A stretch of DNA of 64,000 nucleotides from Takakia lepidozioides (Eukaryota; Plantae; Bryophyta). Positions 1 through 13,102 of the stretch are shown here, one piece after another. Each line of letters begins with the position of its first letter. Within the stretch, counting starts at the first letter, position 1. Under the pieces are notes generated by a model, which saw nothing but the letters and a program-made list of their open reading frames with translations, was not told the origin of the DNA and ran no database searches. The stretch is from the NCBI GenBank assembly GCA_030704615.1, contig CM060731.1, forward strand, positions 65,038,001 through 65,102,000, given 5' to 3'. The position numbers and the translations under genes were made by a program.

Positions 1-2890
1 CGCTACTACTTGGCCGACCATGGTTAACACAAGCCCAATCACACCACGATTGGGGAAGTCAGACTCTCACAATAAAAAAGGGAGCAGAACAAAGCACCAT
101 CACTACCAAGCAACGAAGTACTATTCCACGAGAGAAACGACCTTATATAGTGGAAGAGTATGATTGGTCCAGTGGACTGTCGGATGAAGAAGAAGCCACA
201 GTATACGCAGCACATCCACAATTGGAACCTATTGGGCAACTAGTGGTCAAGCATACCACAACAGTAGGATGTCACATGGTGAACACCCAAGGAGAACCAA
301 ATACTTCGAGAACGGAAGGTTCAGAGGAAGAAGCGATGGACACACCTCAACACCCTGCCCGTTCTATCAAGAAAGGGAAGAAGACATTCAAATCAGTGAA
401 GTACCTACCACAATTGCAACCATCGGACAAGAAATTGCAGGATGGACAGTAACGGAAGAAACTCAATTGATTCAAGTGAATCTGGGAACAGTGGAAGAAC
501 CACAAATAATACGAGTAAGTGCAGGTCTTGAAGAAACATTTCTACAAGAAGCTACTGCATTATTCACTAAATACAAGGATGTATTTGCCTGGAACTACAA
601 AGATTTGAAGGGTATACCTTCTAATATCTGTCAACACCGAATTGAATTGGAAGTTGACACAAAACCAATTCGTTAGAACCGTTACAGAATGAACCCCAAC
701 TATGCAACTAAAGTTTGGGAAGAAATCAAGAAGTTATTGGATGCAGGATTCATATACCCAGTAGAGACACCACAATGGTTATCACCCATTGTGATAGTAC
801 CCAAGAAAAATGGAAAACTACGAGTGTGTGTGGACTACCGCAAGTTAAACGCAGGAACCAAGAAAGACCCTTTTCCACTACCTTTCACTGAAATAGTGTT
901 GGACACAGTGGCTGGACATGAGATGTACTCATTCATGGATGGGTTTAGTGGATACAACCAGGTACAGATGGCAGAAGAAGACCGAGAAAAGACTGCATTC
1001 ATCACTGAATGGGGAGCATATGCTTACAAAGTCATGCCATTTGGACTTTGCAATGCACCAGCCACATTTCAACGAGTAGTATCTGAGATATTCAAGAACT
1101 ATCTCAATGATTTTATGCAGGTATTTTTGGATGATTTCAGTGTCTTCGGACAGAAAACCAAACATTTGGCACAGTTAAAACTTTGCCTACAAGCCTGCAG
1201 AAACAATGGAGTAAGTCTCAACCCGGGAAAATGTACATTCTGTGTGAATTCAGGATTATTATTGGGACACATTGTGTGCCAACAGGGAATTCCAGTAGAT
1301 CCAAAGAAAGTGGAGGTTATCCAGAAAATACCACCACCAGAAAATCCCAAGAAACTCAAGAGATTTCTGGGACAGACGAGCTATTATAGAAGGTACATGG
1401 ACAAATATGCTCACAGAGCGGCGCCAGTCTATAGACTACTGAAGCAAGATGCCGAATATTGATGGTCTCCAGCTTGCCAGGAATCATTTGATTCACTAAA
1501 AAAGGCACTCACAGCAGCGCCAATTCTGATAAATCCAAGATGGGATTTACCATTTCATGTACACAGTGATGCATCAGGCATTGCTTTGGGAGCGGTTCTA
1601 GCTCAGAATGTGACAGGCACAATAGATTCACCAATCTATTATGCAAGCAGGTTACTAACAACAGCCGAAAAGAATTATAGCACCACAGAAAGGGAAACAT
1701 TGGCAATGATTTATGTTGTTCAAAAATTTCGGCATTATTTACTTGGCAATCAATTTAAGTTTCTTGTGGATCATCAGGCTCTAGTTCATTTAGCAAATCG
1801 ACCACTAGCTAATGGCAGGGTTGCTCGATGGTTATTATTTCTTCATGAGTATGACTTTGAAGTTGTTCATAAACTAGGGAGATTACATGTTATAGCAAAT
1901 CATCTGTCAAGGATTACTACAGGAGAACCAGCCACGGGGGTAGAGGATCAACTTCCCGATGCATTTCTGTTTGCTGTTCAACCAGAAGCACCAGATGAAG
2001 AGACAGATCCTATAAATGCTTTGGGAATGTTTCAAGGAGACTATGACCTTCCAGATGCTCTCAAACTCATGGACGACACGGATGAAGAAGAGGATTCATC
2101 CGATGAAGATGAACCTCTTGATGAAGGACTTATTATTGAAGAAGAGCCAGATCCAGAAGAAGAAGACGACAAGGAAAACAAAGAAACAAACAATCAAGAA
2201 TTGGCCAATATCAGTATTGGAGCTTATACAGTCACAAAAGAAGAATCAGAAGATATTCAGGATCAAGATCAAGATGATTGGCAATGGCCAATCAAATACT
2301 ATCTGAACACAGAGAAATTTCCTGAAGATTACACCAAAGATGACAGGAGGAAGCTTTCAATGGAAAGCAAGCCATACACATTAATCAAAGGGATTCTGTA
2401 CAAAAGAGGAATTGACTCCATAATGAGAAGATGTGTAAACAAAGACCAAGCCAAAACAGTAATGCAAGAACTACACGCAGGAATTGCAGGAGGACACTTC
2501 AGTTCGGATCTGACAACAAAGAAAATATTACTAGCAGGCTACTGGTGGCCTACTATATTTGGAGATACCTATGAACACTGTCAACAGTGTGATGTCTGTC
2601 AGAGGATGGGACCAGTAGAACGAACAGGGAAAGGGACTCTACACCCAATACTACCAACAGAACCATTTCAGCGCTGGGGGCTAGACTTTGTGGGACCCAT
2701 TAAACCTCCAGCAAGGTACACACAAAACCAATACATCCTCACAGCCACTGGTAGTGTATGAAAACATCATCACACGATTTGGTTGCCCACTGGAATTTGT
2801 CAGTGACCAGGGATCACATTTCATAAATGATGCCATAAAATGCTTGACGGAGGAGTTCATGATTGTACATCACAAGAGTACTGCTTACTA
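1..2890 (+). mobile_element. Degenerate Ty3/gypsy (non-chromovirus-like) pol fragment: end of protease, RT, RNase H, partial integrase
   Basis: LLLGRPWL at the start. RT motifs in 689-1462 (LRVCVDYRKLN, DGFSGYNQ, MPFGLCNAPATFQR, FLDD). RNase H in 1586-2761 (YYASRLL, NYSTTERE, DHQAL). Integrase zinc finger (H..GGH..CQQC) and WGLDFVGP. In-frame stops at 674-676 and 1460-1462. Internal deletion at ~2750. Truncated after HHKSTAYY at ~2890. Confidence 0.95.
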
Positions 2891-3411
2891 TGCAGACCTA
2901 CCACCCAGGCCCATGTCATCAGCCATCAACCCACCTGCCTTCCCCTGAGGCTCGCCCTGTTTATATCCTCTCCAGGGCTCTGAATCTGGGCAATCGATAT
3001 GGGATAATCGAACCTCAATCATTTTGCGCCACGTAGCGGCGAGAATCCGCCACACCTGCTTTTAACGCCAGTGAACGGGCCACGTTGGCCGACTCTGCCT
3101 TGTGCGCGGCCATAGGGCTCGCCCAAAGGCTGCTTACAGGCAGAATCGGCCAAACACGGCCCGTTCTCTAGTATGTTCAGGAAGGGAGGCCTGAGCAGGC
3201 AAAAGCGCCGGGCACAGGAGCAGAATTGGGTCTCAAAGAGCCACCCAGGCTGCCGCGGGCGGGCCGCCTAGGAGGCAGGTTGGGCGCCTATGGTAACTAG
3301 TAACTACCGCCTATGCTTTTATTAATGAAACCTTGGTAAGATAATTAATGTTTACTACTACTCCGATTATTTACTGTGGTTGCAGATTAAGGTTATTTGG
3401 CTAGAAATGGT

Positions 3412-4682
3412 TTTTTTAGTTTTTTTAAAAAAAATTATAAAGGGGATGAAGCCCCGATATTTTATTGCTAAAAATAAACCCTTGAGGGGGCCATAAGGCA
3501 TACACACCTAATGGTGAGGGACGAACCCAAGACTTTAACATAGAGAGACCCATCCGGGTGGATGAAAAACCGGTGTTTGAGACCCTAGGGCTACTCCTAG
3601 AGCCTTAGGCGCGATGTAGAGCTCGCGTGTTGCGAGCTCCTGAACGAGGGTGGGGAGCTGTGAAGCAGTGAAATGAATCAAGAATGATCATTAGGGAGGA
3701 AGATTGAAAAATCCTAAGATTGGAAGAACATAGAGAAAGAGGGAGCCTGGACCGGCTGAATCGAGGGAAGAACAAGGAGACCAGAAGGCTGGCAAAGGGA
3801 GACGATCTATAGTGTGGGAGAGAAGAAATGAAGAGAGCCTACAACGAATTGGAGCCTAGACTGGCTGCTTGAAAAGGGGGAGATGAAAACAATGTAGAAG
3901 CCTAATTGAGACTCGGTACATGCAAGGAATAAAAAAAAAACAGAGACGGCGAGCAAATGCTGCAGGCAGCCGAGTGACTCAAAGAAGCTTAGTTGCCAAA
4001 GCTGAGCCTGGTGGAGCGGCTTCCACCCACGTGCTTCCAGTTCACTTCTCTGTCGAACTTAGGTGAGTCAAGGTATCGGTATTGTTGCCCTCTGCCAGGA
4101 GATAGGAGGGCCTCTGGTCCACTGGCAGCTTGACGACGAAGCGCAGCTGCATAGGATGTCGTCTCTGCCCCACGAGCGTTGGAATTTTCTGAGGAGCCTA
4201 GTTTCAGCCTCTGCATCCCTACTGATGTCTGCAATAAATTTTATCCAAGCTTTCCTCCCTTTAACTTGAACTTCATGGAATATGGTGGATAGCAAGACAG
4301 AGAGACATGCCCTCTCCCCACTCATTGTCCAATTGCATCTAACCTTCCAGATATTCCATAGTGTTATTGATCTGAAAGATTCAAAGACAGGGCACCGACT
4401 GAAAATTTGCTGAGACTGTGTATCATAATTCAGTAGCTTGTAGTGAATTGTTGAGGGAGACTCTTGTTTCCAGATCTGCATCATGGCCAGGAGATGAGGC
4501 CATGTTTTCGAGGGTATGGTACAATGGAAGAGGCAATGCTCCAACGATTCCAAGATTCCATGGCCGCAACATTTACATAGTAATGCCTTCGAAAAAGACA
4601 ACCAGGCTCCAACCTTAATTACCCTGTTAGCTAGTTGCCAAAGGAATGCAACCACTTTCGTTGGCCTAGCCTTATTCCATAA
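3412..4682 (-). mobile_element. L1-type LINE 3' fragment (zf-RVT C-terminal zinc finger, 3' UTR, A-rich tail)
   Basis: ORF 4068-4730 reads LW..ARPTKVVAFLWQL...CKCC...ESLEHCLFHC...W and later LWNIWKVRC, typical of the L1 ORF2 C-terminus. The T-rich run at ~3411-3440 is the tail on the minus strand; copy 2 has (TTTTA)n there. Confidence 0.8.
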
Positions 4683-4685
4683 ATT

Positions 4686-5040
4686 AAGCGACCACCATAT
4701 GGCGGTCGCTTGTTTTTTAAATATTTGCAAAATTATGCGACCGCCAATACGGCGGTCGCTTGTTTTCTTTTTTAAATTAGGCGACCGCCAATGACTGCCA
4801 ATCTTGCTGTTTTAAAAAATAATAATAATATTGGCGGTCGCTCTTACTTTTTTTATTTCGAAAAATAAAGCGACCGCCAGAATTGGCAGTCGTTTTCATT
4901 TTATTAATTTTCAAAATGTATTTGTCACCGCCATCGTGTCGGCGACGTGGCTGCTTATATTTTACCTAGTACTATTTTTACCAGAATATTCCTGGAACCT
5001 GACGTGATGGAGGTCCCGTCAGCGTCAGGTCTGACGTGAC
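4686..5040. repeat. Cluster of short GCGACCGCCA/TGGCGGTCGC inverted repeats, likely the subterminal region of an unclassified DNA transposon
   Basis: Hairpins such as aagcgaccaccatatggcggtcgctt (4686-4711) and gcgaccgccaatacggcggtcgc (4737-4759) in AT-rich context. The cluster truncates the LINE. Confidence 0.55.
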
Positions 5041-8000
5041 TTGCGCGTTCTTTTCTTCCTGTTCTTGGGCTGCTCAGCTCCCTGCTTCTCCATCTGCTCC
5101 TTCGCCAACGCTGCCGCCTTGGCTGACTTTCTCAATGCTTTCTGCTTGGCTACCTCCTCTGCTTTCAGTCTTTCCGCGTCCTCTGGTTGGAGATCCGATT
5201 GCGCCTTCATAGCCCTGGCATTTGCTTCCTTCTTCAAGTTAACCTCCGAGAGGTCAACGGTCCCACTTGGGAGATCCACGTACCAGGGACAGTCTACCAA
5301 ATGTTCGGCATGCCACTCCTTCGCCATTACTTCTGTGTACATCGTACCACGACCTCCAAGTGTCCTCCACGCCAGGAAGAATGGTGGAACCCTTTGAATG
5401 GCTCCGGACGGAATGAGTGCAAAGTTTATGTACCTGCAATCACGAGGCAGTTCAACAAAAATCATTCTACTGATGCATCATGCAAGAGGAAGTTATCAAT
5501 GCACAAGGTATTTCGGCACCAAAATACGCAGTGGACCGTGCCCCAATTACCCAACATTTACATCTTGCAGAGGTATATTTCGGCGCCGCAATACCCACCG
5601 CTGCTTAACTAAATCATCAAAACTGCAAATAGGGGGATGTATTGGCAGCAAATTACCTAAACAGGACACGCATTGCCGCTTTGTCGGCACCCTCCTGCTC
5701 TTCGATGTATACGTTGCGTCTTGCCTTTGCAATTTCTCTGAAAAAGAGGTTTGCGAAGTGCCCTCGCCAGGACTGCACGTAGTTCTCCATTGTTTCTGGT
5801 TTCGTCCAGTCGATCTGTAACTTGAAAGTGGTGGTGTTGCAATCCAATTGCTCCTGGGCGTGGGTCAGTACCTGCAGCAGTGCAGGTTTCCAAAACATTC
5901 ATGAATTTGAAATTGCGATGATGTCCAACACACAGAAGAGGAAGAAATTATACCTGATGCCACCAAGTCATCACATTGAGCCAGTCGTTCATTTTGTCGT
6001 CTGTTGGCTCGATGGGAAGGTGGTACAGCAGCTTCGTGTTTGTATGGCCGTTCCAGATTCGCAACCACCTCGTCTGCATGGCCTAACATTGGTCAGACAT
6101 AAGAACTTCATCATGAGAATCGCGGAAAGACACAAAACAAGAACAAACACATGCTTACCTTCTCCGCCGGCTCAACACAGGACACTGCGATGTGATGAAG
6201 TTTCTCCATGGACATTTTCGGTTTCATGGGTCTGGAGTAATGCAGTCCTATCTCCGTCAAGAACTCGGCACCAAGACCAGGGTCAGCGATTGCAACTTGC
6301 TTAACAAGTTTGGACCTGTACTTGGTCCGTGATTGCCTCCCTGCCTGTACAATGTGACTCTCTATCGACGCGTCCGCCTTGTTGGGGGCATCATTATCAA
6401 AGAACTATCTTTTGACATAGGCCAAGTCATCCCTGATGTTCGTCTGCATTCCTATACCCAGCTGATACAGTCAGGCCACTGAGCCCTGCAACAAATAGCA
6501 TTAAATCGGGAAATTTGAGATGAACCTCACCGAATAGAGGATCTCCACCATGGCGTCCAGTGTTGGTCGGTACCAGGTGCGATCCGCTTTCGCAAGGGAC
6601 TTTCTGTACAGCTCGGGATCGAGGGATTTTTGGAAGTCCGTCAGCGGTGCTGTTCCCACTTCTTGCACTCTGTAGAGCGTATGTGCCAGATGAGTTTCCA
6701 CGAAGGCCCTCTCTGTTACCCTGCCATGGAGAAAAAAAAAAGGAACAACATGAAAATATGATACAAAAATAACCAAATTTCGGCACAACAATCCAATTTC
6801 CAGTTCATAGAGTGCATGACAGTCAAGAACATTGTCTATTTTGGCGCCGCAATAGGCAGTACACAAGGATGTAGTTGTATACTTACAGATTTATATCCGC
6901 CATGGCACCCTTCAGCAGTCCTCTGTCCCTGACGTCCACCTTCACGACAATGCAGTCCACCATGTAATGCCAATTGATATCTTGCGGATGCATTTCAGCA
7001 ATGTACTCTGTCCAGGCAAGCATCATGTGGTTCCCGTCCCAAACGAAGAACATCTTCCCTTCCATGTGTGCGAATGTGGGATTAGTCTTCAGAGAGGCTT
7101 CAAACTCGGCATTTACAGTGTGTCAGTGGGGGCTCCAATTCTGAAGCTCCTCTGCAGTGGGGCCCCTTGTGACACCCTGGTCATTCTCAATGGAAACGTA
7201 GAATGCTGCCGACCCCCGTCTGTACCCCTTTCTGAAGTTGTGCTTCAGTCGATCGATGTCCCCTGGCAGTGCTTGCCTTACAACTGGAAGGCTAACCATG
7301 CGACACAAAGGAACTTTGAGGTTCTCCGGATCCACCATGGAGCCCAAAACGCGGCCTATGTCTTACTTCTATCACCTCTCTCACTTCCCTCCCCTCTCAC
7401 TAGCCTGTCTACTGTCCTGGAGGTTTTGCTCCTCCGCAAGCTCCAGCAGGTTCTGATCGTCGTCAAGTTGCACCACGTTGTCGTCCTCTGCTTCTGTCAG
7501 CTCAATAGGCCGCCCTTCTACAGATCCGACTCCGACATCTCCAGCGGCCTCCACCGCATCCGTGTTTTTTGAAACTGCCTGCAAACCCAATATCTCCACT
7601 TCCAGTCTCCCTAGTGGTTTTACTGGCGAAGCCATGGGCTCCTTCTGCTTCCTCGGCTTCCGGACTCTAGGTGGGCTTTTCTGAGGCGATATCTGAGGTG
7701 TTGAATGAGGAGTCACCTGCCTCGATGCACTTCCACCTTGTGAGCGCAGCACCCGGGCAGGAATATCCAAAGTTGAATGTGTTGCCTCGCCCCCCTGCGA
7801 TCCCTCCCCAGCTCCCATATCAAACAAACAGGAAAACATGACACACTGCATGCAAAGAGAAAGGTGTAAAAGGAATAGTGCGTATGGAGTGCTTCACATC
7901 CGCGAAGCACGAATCTCTCACTGGTGGGCGATCCGAGTCTCCGGATAACGAGGTCTGCATTTCCTGCATGAGACGGAGCTTAAGTCGTGTCGTCGGCGGC

Positions 8001-8080
8001 TTCCCAAAATCCCGCGTCCTCCTTCTCTTTGCCGGAGTCGCCTGACCTTCCACAAACTCTATGCTATCACTATGCTGCAT
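5041..8080 (-). pseudogene. ParB/Srx-like domain gene, copy 1 (MTase half deleted)
   Basis: Collinear with 39281-42300. Carries KVPLCRMV...RQAL..DI.RL and FFVWDGNH(M), with GT-AG introns. Cut at 5040/5041 before the MTase exons. Confidence 0.75.
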
Positions 8081-8329
8081 AAGGAGAGGAAACGCAGGAG
8101 AATGTCACTACAGAAGGGCAAGGAGCGAGAGAGCAAAGCGGTGGAACATGCAACCACTGTGCACGAGCAGATGCGTAAGCAGCCACGTCTCCCGAAGCAT
8201 TGCCACCGTCCACCACTTTCTGCCGTATAGGTGATGAAGAGATTGCGACCCCTGATACGTTCGCACGGATGAAGTCGACTGGAACACGATGCATGCATGT
8301 TCAAGCCACCAGTACAAGACGCTTTATCC

Positions 8330-9690
8330 GAATTGCGGCACCGAAATACCGTTCCGTTCACCGGATGTTGTTCCTGGAGCAGCCGGCATTGAATGAAATA
8401 TGCGCACATCATGAAACCCAACTGCCATGAAAATCCCCTGCCTATGACATTCAACAGTCAGGTCGGTACGTTTCATCAACGGACGGATGAATTTCGGCGC
8501 CGCAATTCATCGCTTCTCCAGTCCTCATCCGTCATGAGCAAACCTGTCAGTCGGATATCGGAGCCGGAATTAATTCCGGGACACTGGAGACGGCTGCACT
8601 TGGGCACATTTCATCCATTTCGCCGCCGAAATTCATTAAGAATATCTCCGTCCGCGCGTAGACTGAAATCATCCATATTTCGGCGCCGAAATTCATCCAA
8701 CGCGAAAACTAAATCGGCACCATGCTACGCTTTGCCACCATCATTGCCCCTCACGGTTGCTGTCCATGCCTGTTGGACTTGCCATGTCTGGACAGTTAAC
8801 TATAATTTCGGCGCCGGAATTATACTTTATGTGCGACAACGTCCCATGCGAAAAATGACCGCTTAATGGATACTGTCAGTTTCAAATGAAAACAACGGCT
8901 AAAATACAATTAATTTTCCCCCAACATGAAAAAAATATCCCCTTTCGTCATTGGATAACGGCCTTTTGTAAGACATAAGGGGTTGAATGTGCCGATTTCG
9001 CCATTTAATGCAGAATATTTGTGTTATCTTCGTCGGAATGGGTTATTTCAAACGAATTTCGGAACATTACATCATCCAGAAGCAAGAAGTAAGTGTCGGG
9101 TTAGGACGAATTTCGGCGCCGAAATTCATCCATTTCATAGAGAAATAAATGTTGGAGGGAGGGCATTGGATGAATTTCGGCGCCGAAATCCAGCTCTCAA
9201 ACCCTTAAAAGAAATTGGAGGGATGACTTCGGATGAATTTCGGCGCCGAAATCCATCCGCAGGACAGCAAAATTAGGGTCGGAAAATGAGAAGATGAATG
9301 AATTTCGGCGCCGAAATTCATCCCTACTGCCGATTCAGGATTACTGTCATTCGGATGTCGGCACCGAAATCCGGACACGTGGTGAATCATGACTGTAATC
9401 ACGAACACATTCATCCGTAATTCGGCGCCGAAATTCAACCCTTATGTGCAGAAACAATTTCATGAAGAACATGTTCATCCGAATTTCGGCACCGAAATCC
9501 ATCCGTCGGGTGCTTGCTCAGTTTCATGAGGTGAACAAATGACGATTTCTGTCGCCGAAATTCATCCCCTGGCTTCCAAATCTGTTACATTACAAAGATG
9601 TTCATCCAGATTTCGGTGCCGAAATTCATGAGAAGACCTGATTTATTGTAGCCCAACTGGTGGTACATCACAATTCAGGCACCAAATATC
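8330..9690. repeat. Phased array of the palindrome (GGATGA)ATTTCGGCGCCGAAAT(TCATCC), copy 1
   Basis: Palindrome centres at 9117, 9181, 9244, 9309, 9362, 9426, 9490, 9553, 9617, 9680, and upstream at 8339, 8498, 8562, 8624, 8684, 8812. Perfect 24-bp palindrome at 9298-9321. Confidence 0.95.
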
Positions 9691-9876
9691 CGATGTGAAC
9701 TTGTTGTGGTCGTCCGTATTTGTAACGTACGTTATACACCTTCATCCATATATGCACTGATCACCCATCCTGTTGGATACAGAATCCTCCAAAAAATGAT
9801 TGTGGTATTATGTAGGACACACTCTTCTCATTGCAGGACTTCGCTGCGGAGCGTACCGAGAGGTTCCGTCTTCAAC

Positions 9877-9981
9877 ATGGACTCCCGTATTTGGGTAAAC
9901 GTGTACTTCCATCCTGATTCTCTGAAAGCTAAAATACCTGCGACCAAGGATTTGCGATTGTCACTGAGCAGTACTTGTGTG
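9877..9981 (+). pseudogene. 5' stub of the MULE transposase gene, severed by the inversion
   Basis: MDSRIWVNVYFHPDSLKAKIP matches the start of the copy-2 gene at 44097. The sequence switches to PPR at 9980-9981. Confidence 0.85.
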
Positions 9982-10617
9982 GGAGCTCTGGAAAAGGGGA
10001 AAAATGTCCATGGTGACATTGTCAAAGCTGGAATTTTACCATATGTCATTCTGAACACTGCCCTGGTGGACATGTATGCCAAATGTGGGTGCATTAAGGA
10101 TGCGAAGGGAGTTTTCAACACTATGGCTGAACGAGATGTGGTGTCATGGAACGCGATGCTTGCAGGGTATGCACAGTAGGGACGTGGGATGGAGGCTTTG
10201 GAGACCTATGATCAAATGATGGGGGAAGGGGTGAAGCTCGACCACATCACGTTTGTGTGCATTTGCAATGCATGTGCAAGCCTAGCAGCTCCGGAAAAGG
10301 GCAAAGAGGTCCATGGTGACATTGTCAAAGCTGAAATTGTACCCAATGTCATTTTGAACTCTGCCCTGGTGGATATGTATGCCAAATGTGGGTCCATCGA
10401 GGATGCAAAGGCAGTGTTTGATATGATGGCTGAGCGAGATGTGGTGTCATGGAACGCGATGATCGCAGGATATGCCTAGGGTCACGGGATGGAGGCTTTG
10501 GATACCTATGAGCAAATGATGGACGAAGGGATGAAACCCGACCACATCACATTTCTTGGCGTTTGCAATGCCCGTGCGAGCATGGCAGCCCTGGGAAAGG
10601 GCAAAGAGATCCATGGT
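9980..10617 (+). pseudogene. 3' part of the PLS-type PPR gene (inverted segment)
   Basis: Repeats of ALVDMYAKCG...A..VF..MAERDVVSWNAM.AGYAQ. Stops at 10177 and 10477. Reverse complement of ~56144-56784. Confidence 0.9.
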
Positions 10618-11336
10618 CTGCTACATATCAATTGCTAATGATGATGTGGCGGAAGTGGAAGGATTGTTAGCCCCACAAAGACTAGAGGAGACTCTGGTAA
10701 CTGATGGTCCAACACGCAGCCGAGCGGTACTGGTTACTCCAGAGCAGGCGGCCTCCTTGTACCTCCGAGCACCCCGTAGTAGTGGTCATGATGTTCAGCC
10801 AACCCTTGGACAAGATGAAGTTTGTGATGAAGACAGTGATACATGCAGTGACCCAGACATAGATGAGGATGATGGGGATTAGATGTGCTAGATTTGTGCA
10901 CTCCAGTTATAGACTATGCATGATAGCTTAAGGTGGTAACACTCCCTTTGCATTCCAATTAAGATATCATGCTTGGACAATGGATTTTATGATCAATTAT
11001 GGAGTGCTTTCCTTTCAGCACCTTTTCTTCATTTTTGACCCTCTTGGCTTTGGACCAACATGTGCAACTACCATTGCCATGGGTTCTGCCTGTAATGTTT
11101 TCTTGCCATGAACAGAATGTACAACTATTTTTTGCAAAACTCTGTCTGTGCTGACGCCATAGCAATCCGCATATTGAGGGTGCTGCCTCACGCTAAGTAC
11201 GATCCTCTGCAGCATCGCTAAGTGGCGGCAGATCCAAGTGCTTGGTGCAGATCCGGGTCGGCACGTGGCACGCTACGATGCACCGAGATCGCCTCGTTCG
11301 GTCCGTTTCTAGTTGCTGCGCATCCCGCAGCGACTT

Positions 11337-12826
11337 ATCGATCGAGCGAGCGAGGCAGAGTGAGAGAGAAAGAGGGAAGCTCGCTGCGCGTGTGCATGCG
11401 AATGTGCGTGTGCAGTGCTGTTCACCTCAATCTTTCGCTCAATCGCTCCGATCGAGCACTGGGAGAGAAGCTTGCGCATGTGCGGAGCATGGTTGGCCTC
11501 ATACGCTAACTCAATCTGTGGAAGCATTGATTGAAATTTGAAGCATTAAAGATCGAGAATGAATGAGGACAGCAACGCAACCTTGAGGTTGAGCTTTAAG
11601 AGTGGTCATTTGCAAACCCGAAGGCTTCAGTGCAACAGAATTGCGTGAGAAATTGACCGAGATTGATTTTACTCTATCAAAAGAAGAGGTACCTATACGG
11701 AGAAGAGGTGTCTGTGTGACGAGAGTGGAATGGGAGCGCTAGATATGAAATGCTCGTTTCCCTCATTCACAGGTGTCTGTATAAGGAAGAAATTTTATGG
11801 TGGCACAAGAGAAGTGAGAGATAGCTCGCACATTTGGGCACCCCACGGCGAATTCTCGATCGAGCGAGCGAGGCAGAGTGAGAGAGAAAGAGGGAAGCTC
11901 GCTGCGCGTGTGCATGCGAATGTGCGTGTGCAGTGCTGTTCACCTCAATCTTTCGCTCAATCGCTCCGATCGAGCACCGTGAGAGAAGCTTGCGCAAGTG
12001 CGGAGCATGGTTCGCCTCATACGTCCTCATTCATGCTTGATTCAATGCTTCAAATTTCAATGCTTCGGGAGATTGAGTTAGCGGCAACGCAACCTTGAGG
12101 TTGAGCTTTCAGAGTGGTCATTTGCAAACCGGAGGCTTCAGTGCGACAGAATTGCGTGAGAAATTGACTGAGATTGATTTTACTCTATCAAAAGAAGAGG
12201 TACCTATATGGAGAAGAGGTGTCTGTGTGACGAGAGTGGAATGGGAGCTCTAGATATCAAATTCTCGTTTCCCTCATTCACAGGTATCTGTATAAGGAAG
12301 AAATTTTATGGTGGCACAAGAGAAGTGAGAGATAGCTCGCACATTTGGGATTCTCGATCGAGCGAGCGAGGCAGAGTGAGAGAGACAGCGGGAAGCTCGC
12401 TGCGCGTGTGCATGCGAATGTGCCTGCGCAGTGCAGTGCACCTAAATCTTTCGCTCAATCGCTCCGATCGCGCACCGGGAGAGAAGCTTGCGCAGAGCAT
12501 GGTTCGCCTCATACGTCCTCATTCATTCTTGATCCAATGCTTCAAATTCGAATCAATGCTTCGGGAGATTGAGTTAGCGGCAAAGCGACCTTGAGCTTGA
12601 GCTTTCATAGTGGTCACTTCTGGAAGGCTTCAGTGCGACAGAATTGAGTGAGAGATTGACGAGACTGATTTTACTCCATCGAGGAAAAGAAGAGGTATAT
12701 GGAGAAGAGGTGTATGTGTGACGAGAATGGAATTGAAGCTCTAGATATCAAGTGCTTGTTTCCCTCATTCACAGGTATCTGGAAGAGATTTTATGGTGGC
12801 GGAGGAGAAGTGAGAGATAGCTCGTG
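11337..12826. repeat. Three tandem ~500-bp direct repeats upstream of PLATZ
   Basis: tcgatcgagcgagcgaggcagagtgagagag recurs at ~11338, ~11857 and ~12354. The downstream blocks also recur. Confidence 0.9.
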
Positions 12827-13102
12827 CATGCGTGTGGGCGCAAGTTTACGCCGGGGAAAGAAAAGGAGGAGGCCAGAAGTTTTGTAACAAGGGAGAGTAG
12901 AATTGAAGAGGTATTTTGCTCTATTCGCTCATTCCTTCTGCTTTTGCTTTTCCGACTCACAGACATCCACATCCAGCGAGGGACACATACAGGAAGAGAG
13001 AGAGAGGGAAGCTTGCCCATCTTATGCTGCTCGGACAATGAAGAGAAGATACCAACTGTCCGCTTCTTTGAGCATTCACAGGTAATCCTTGGAAGAGAAC
13101 TG

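Noticed and set aside
9100-9690. CRISPR array
   Set aside because: Repeat-spacer geometry is similar, but the context is eukaryotic and no cas genes are present. The repeats are perfect palindromes with ragged edges, some spacers share residual similarity (ttggaggga, atgttcatcc), and the motif is dispersed into introns.
9706-10179. Genuine transposase-PPR fusion gene (also 21965-22597 and 22333-23214)
   Set aside because: These ORFs are by-products of the inversion junctions, partly out of frame and quickly terminated.
10620-11220. Acidic 108-aa ORF and adjacent fragment as a gene
   Set aside because: It starts in an off-frame PPR sequence and cannot be assigned to any family from the sequence alone.
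11222-12887. Short ORFs in the 500-bp repeats and in the LTRs
   Set aside because: No recognisable motifs, and they recur only because the DNA is repeated.
12824-13102. N-terminal extension of PLATZ (397-aa ORF)
   Set aside because: It begins at a non-ATG codon in repeat/UTR-like sequence. The first in-frame ATG is at 13103.
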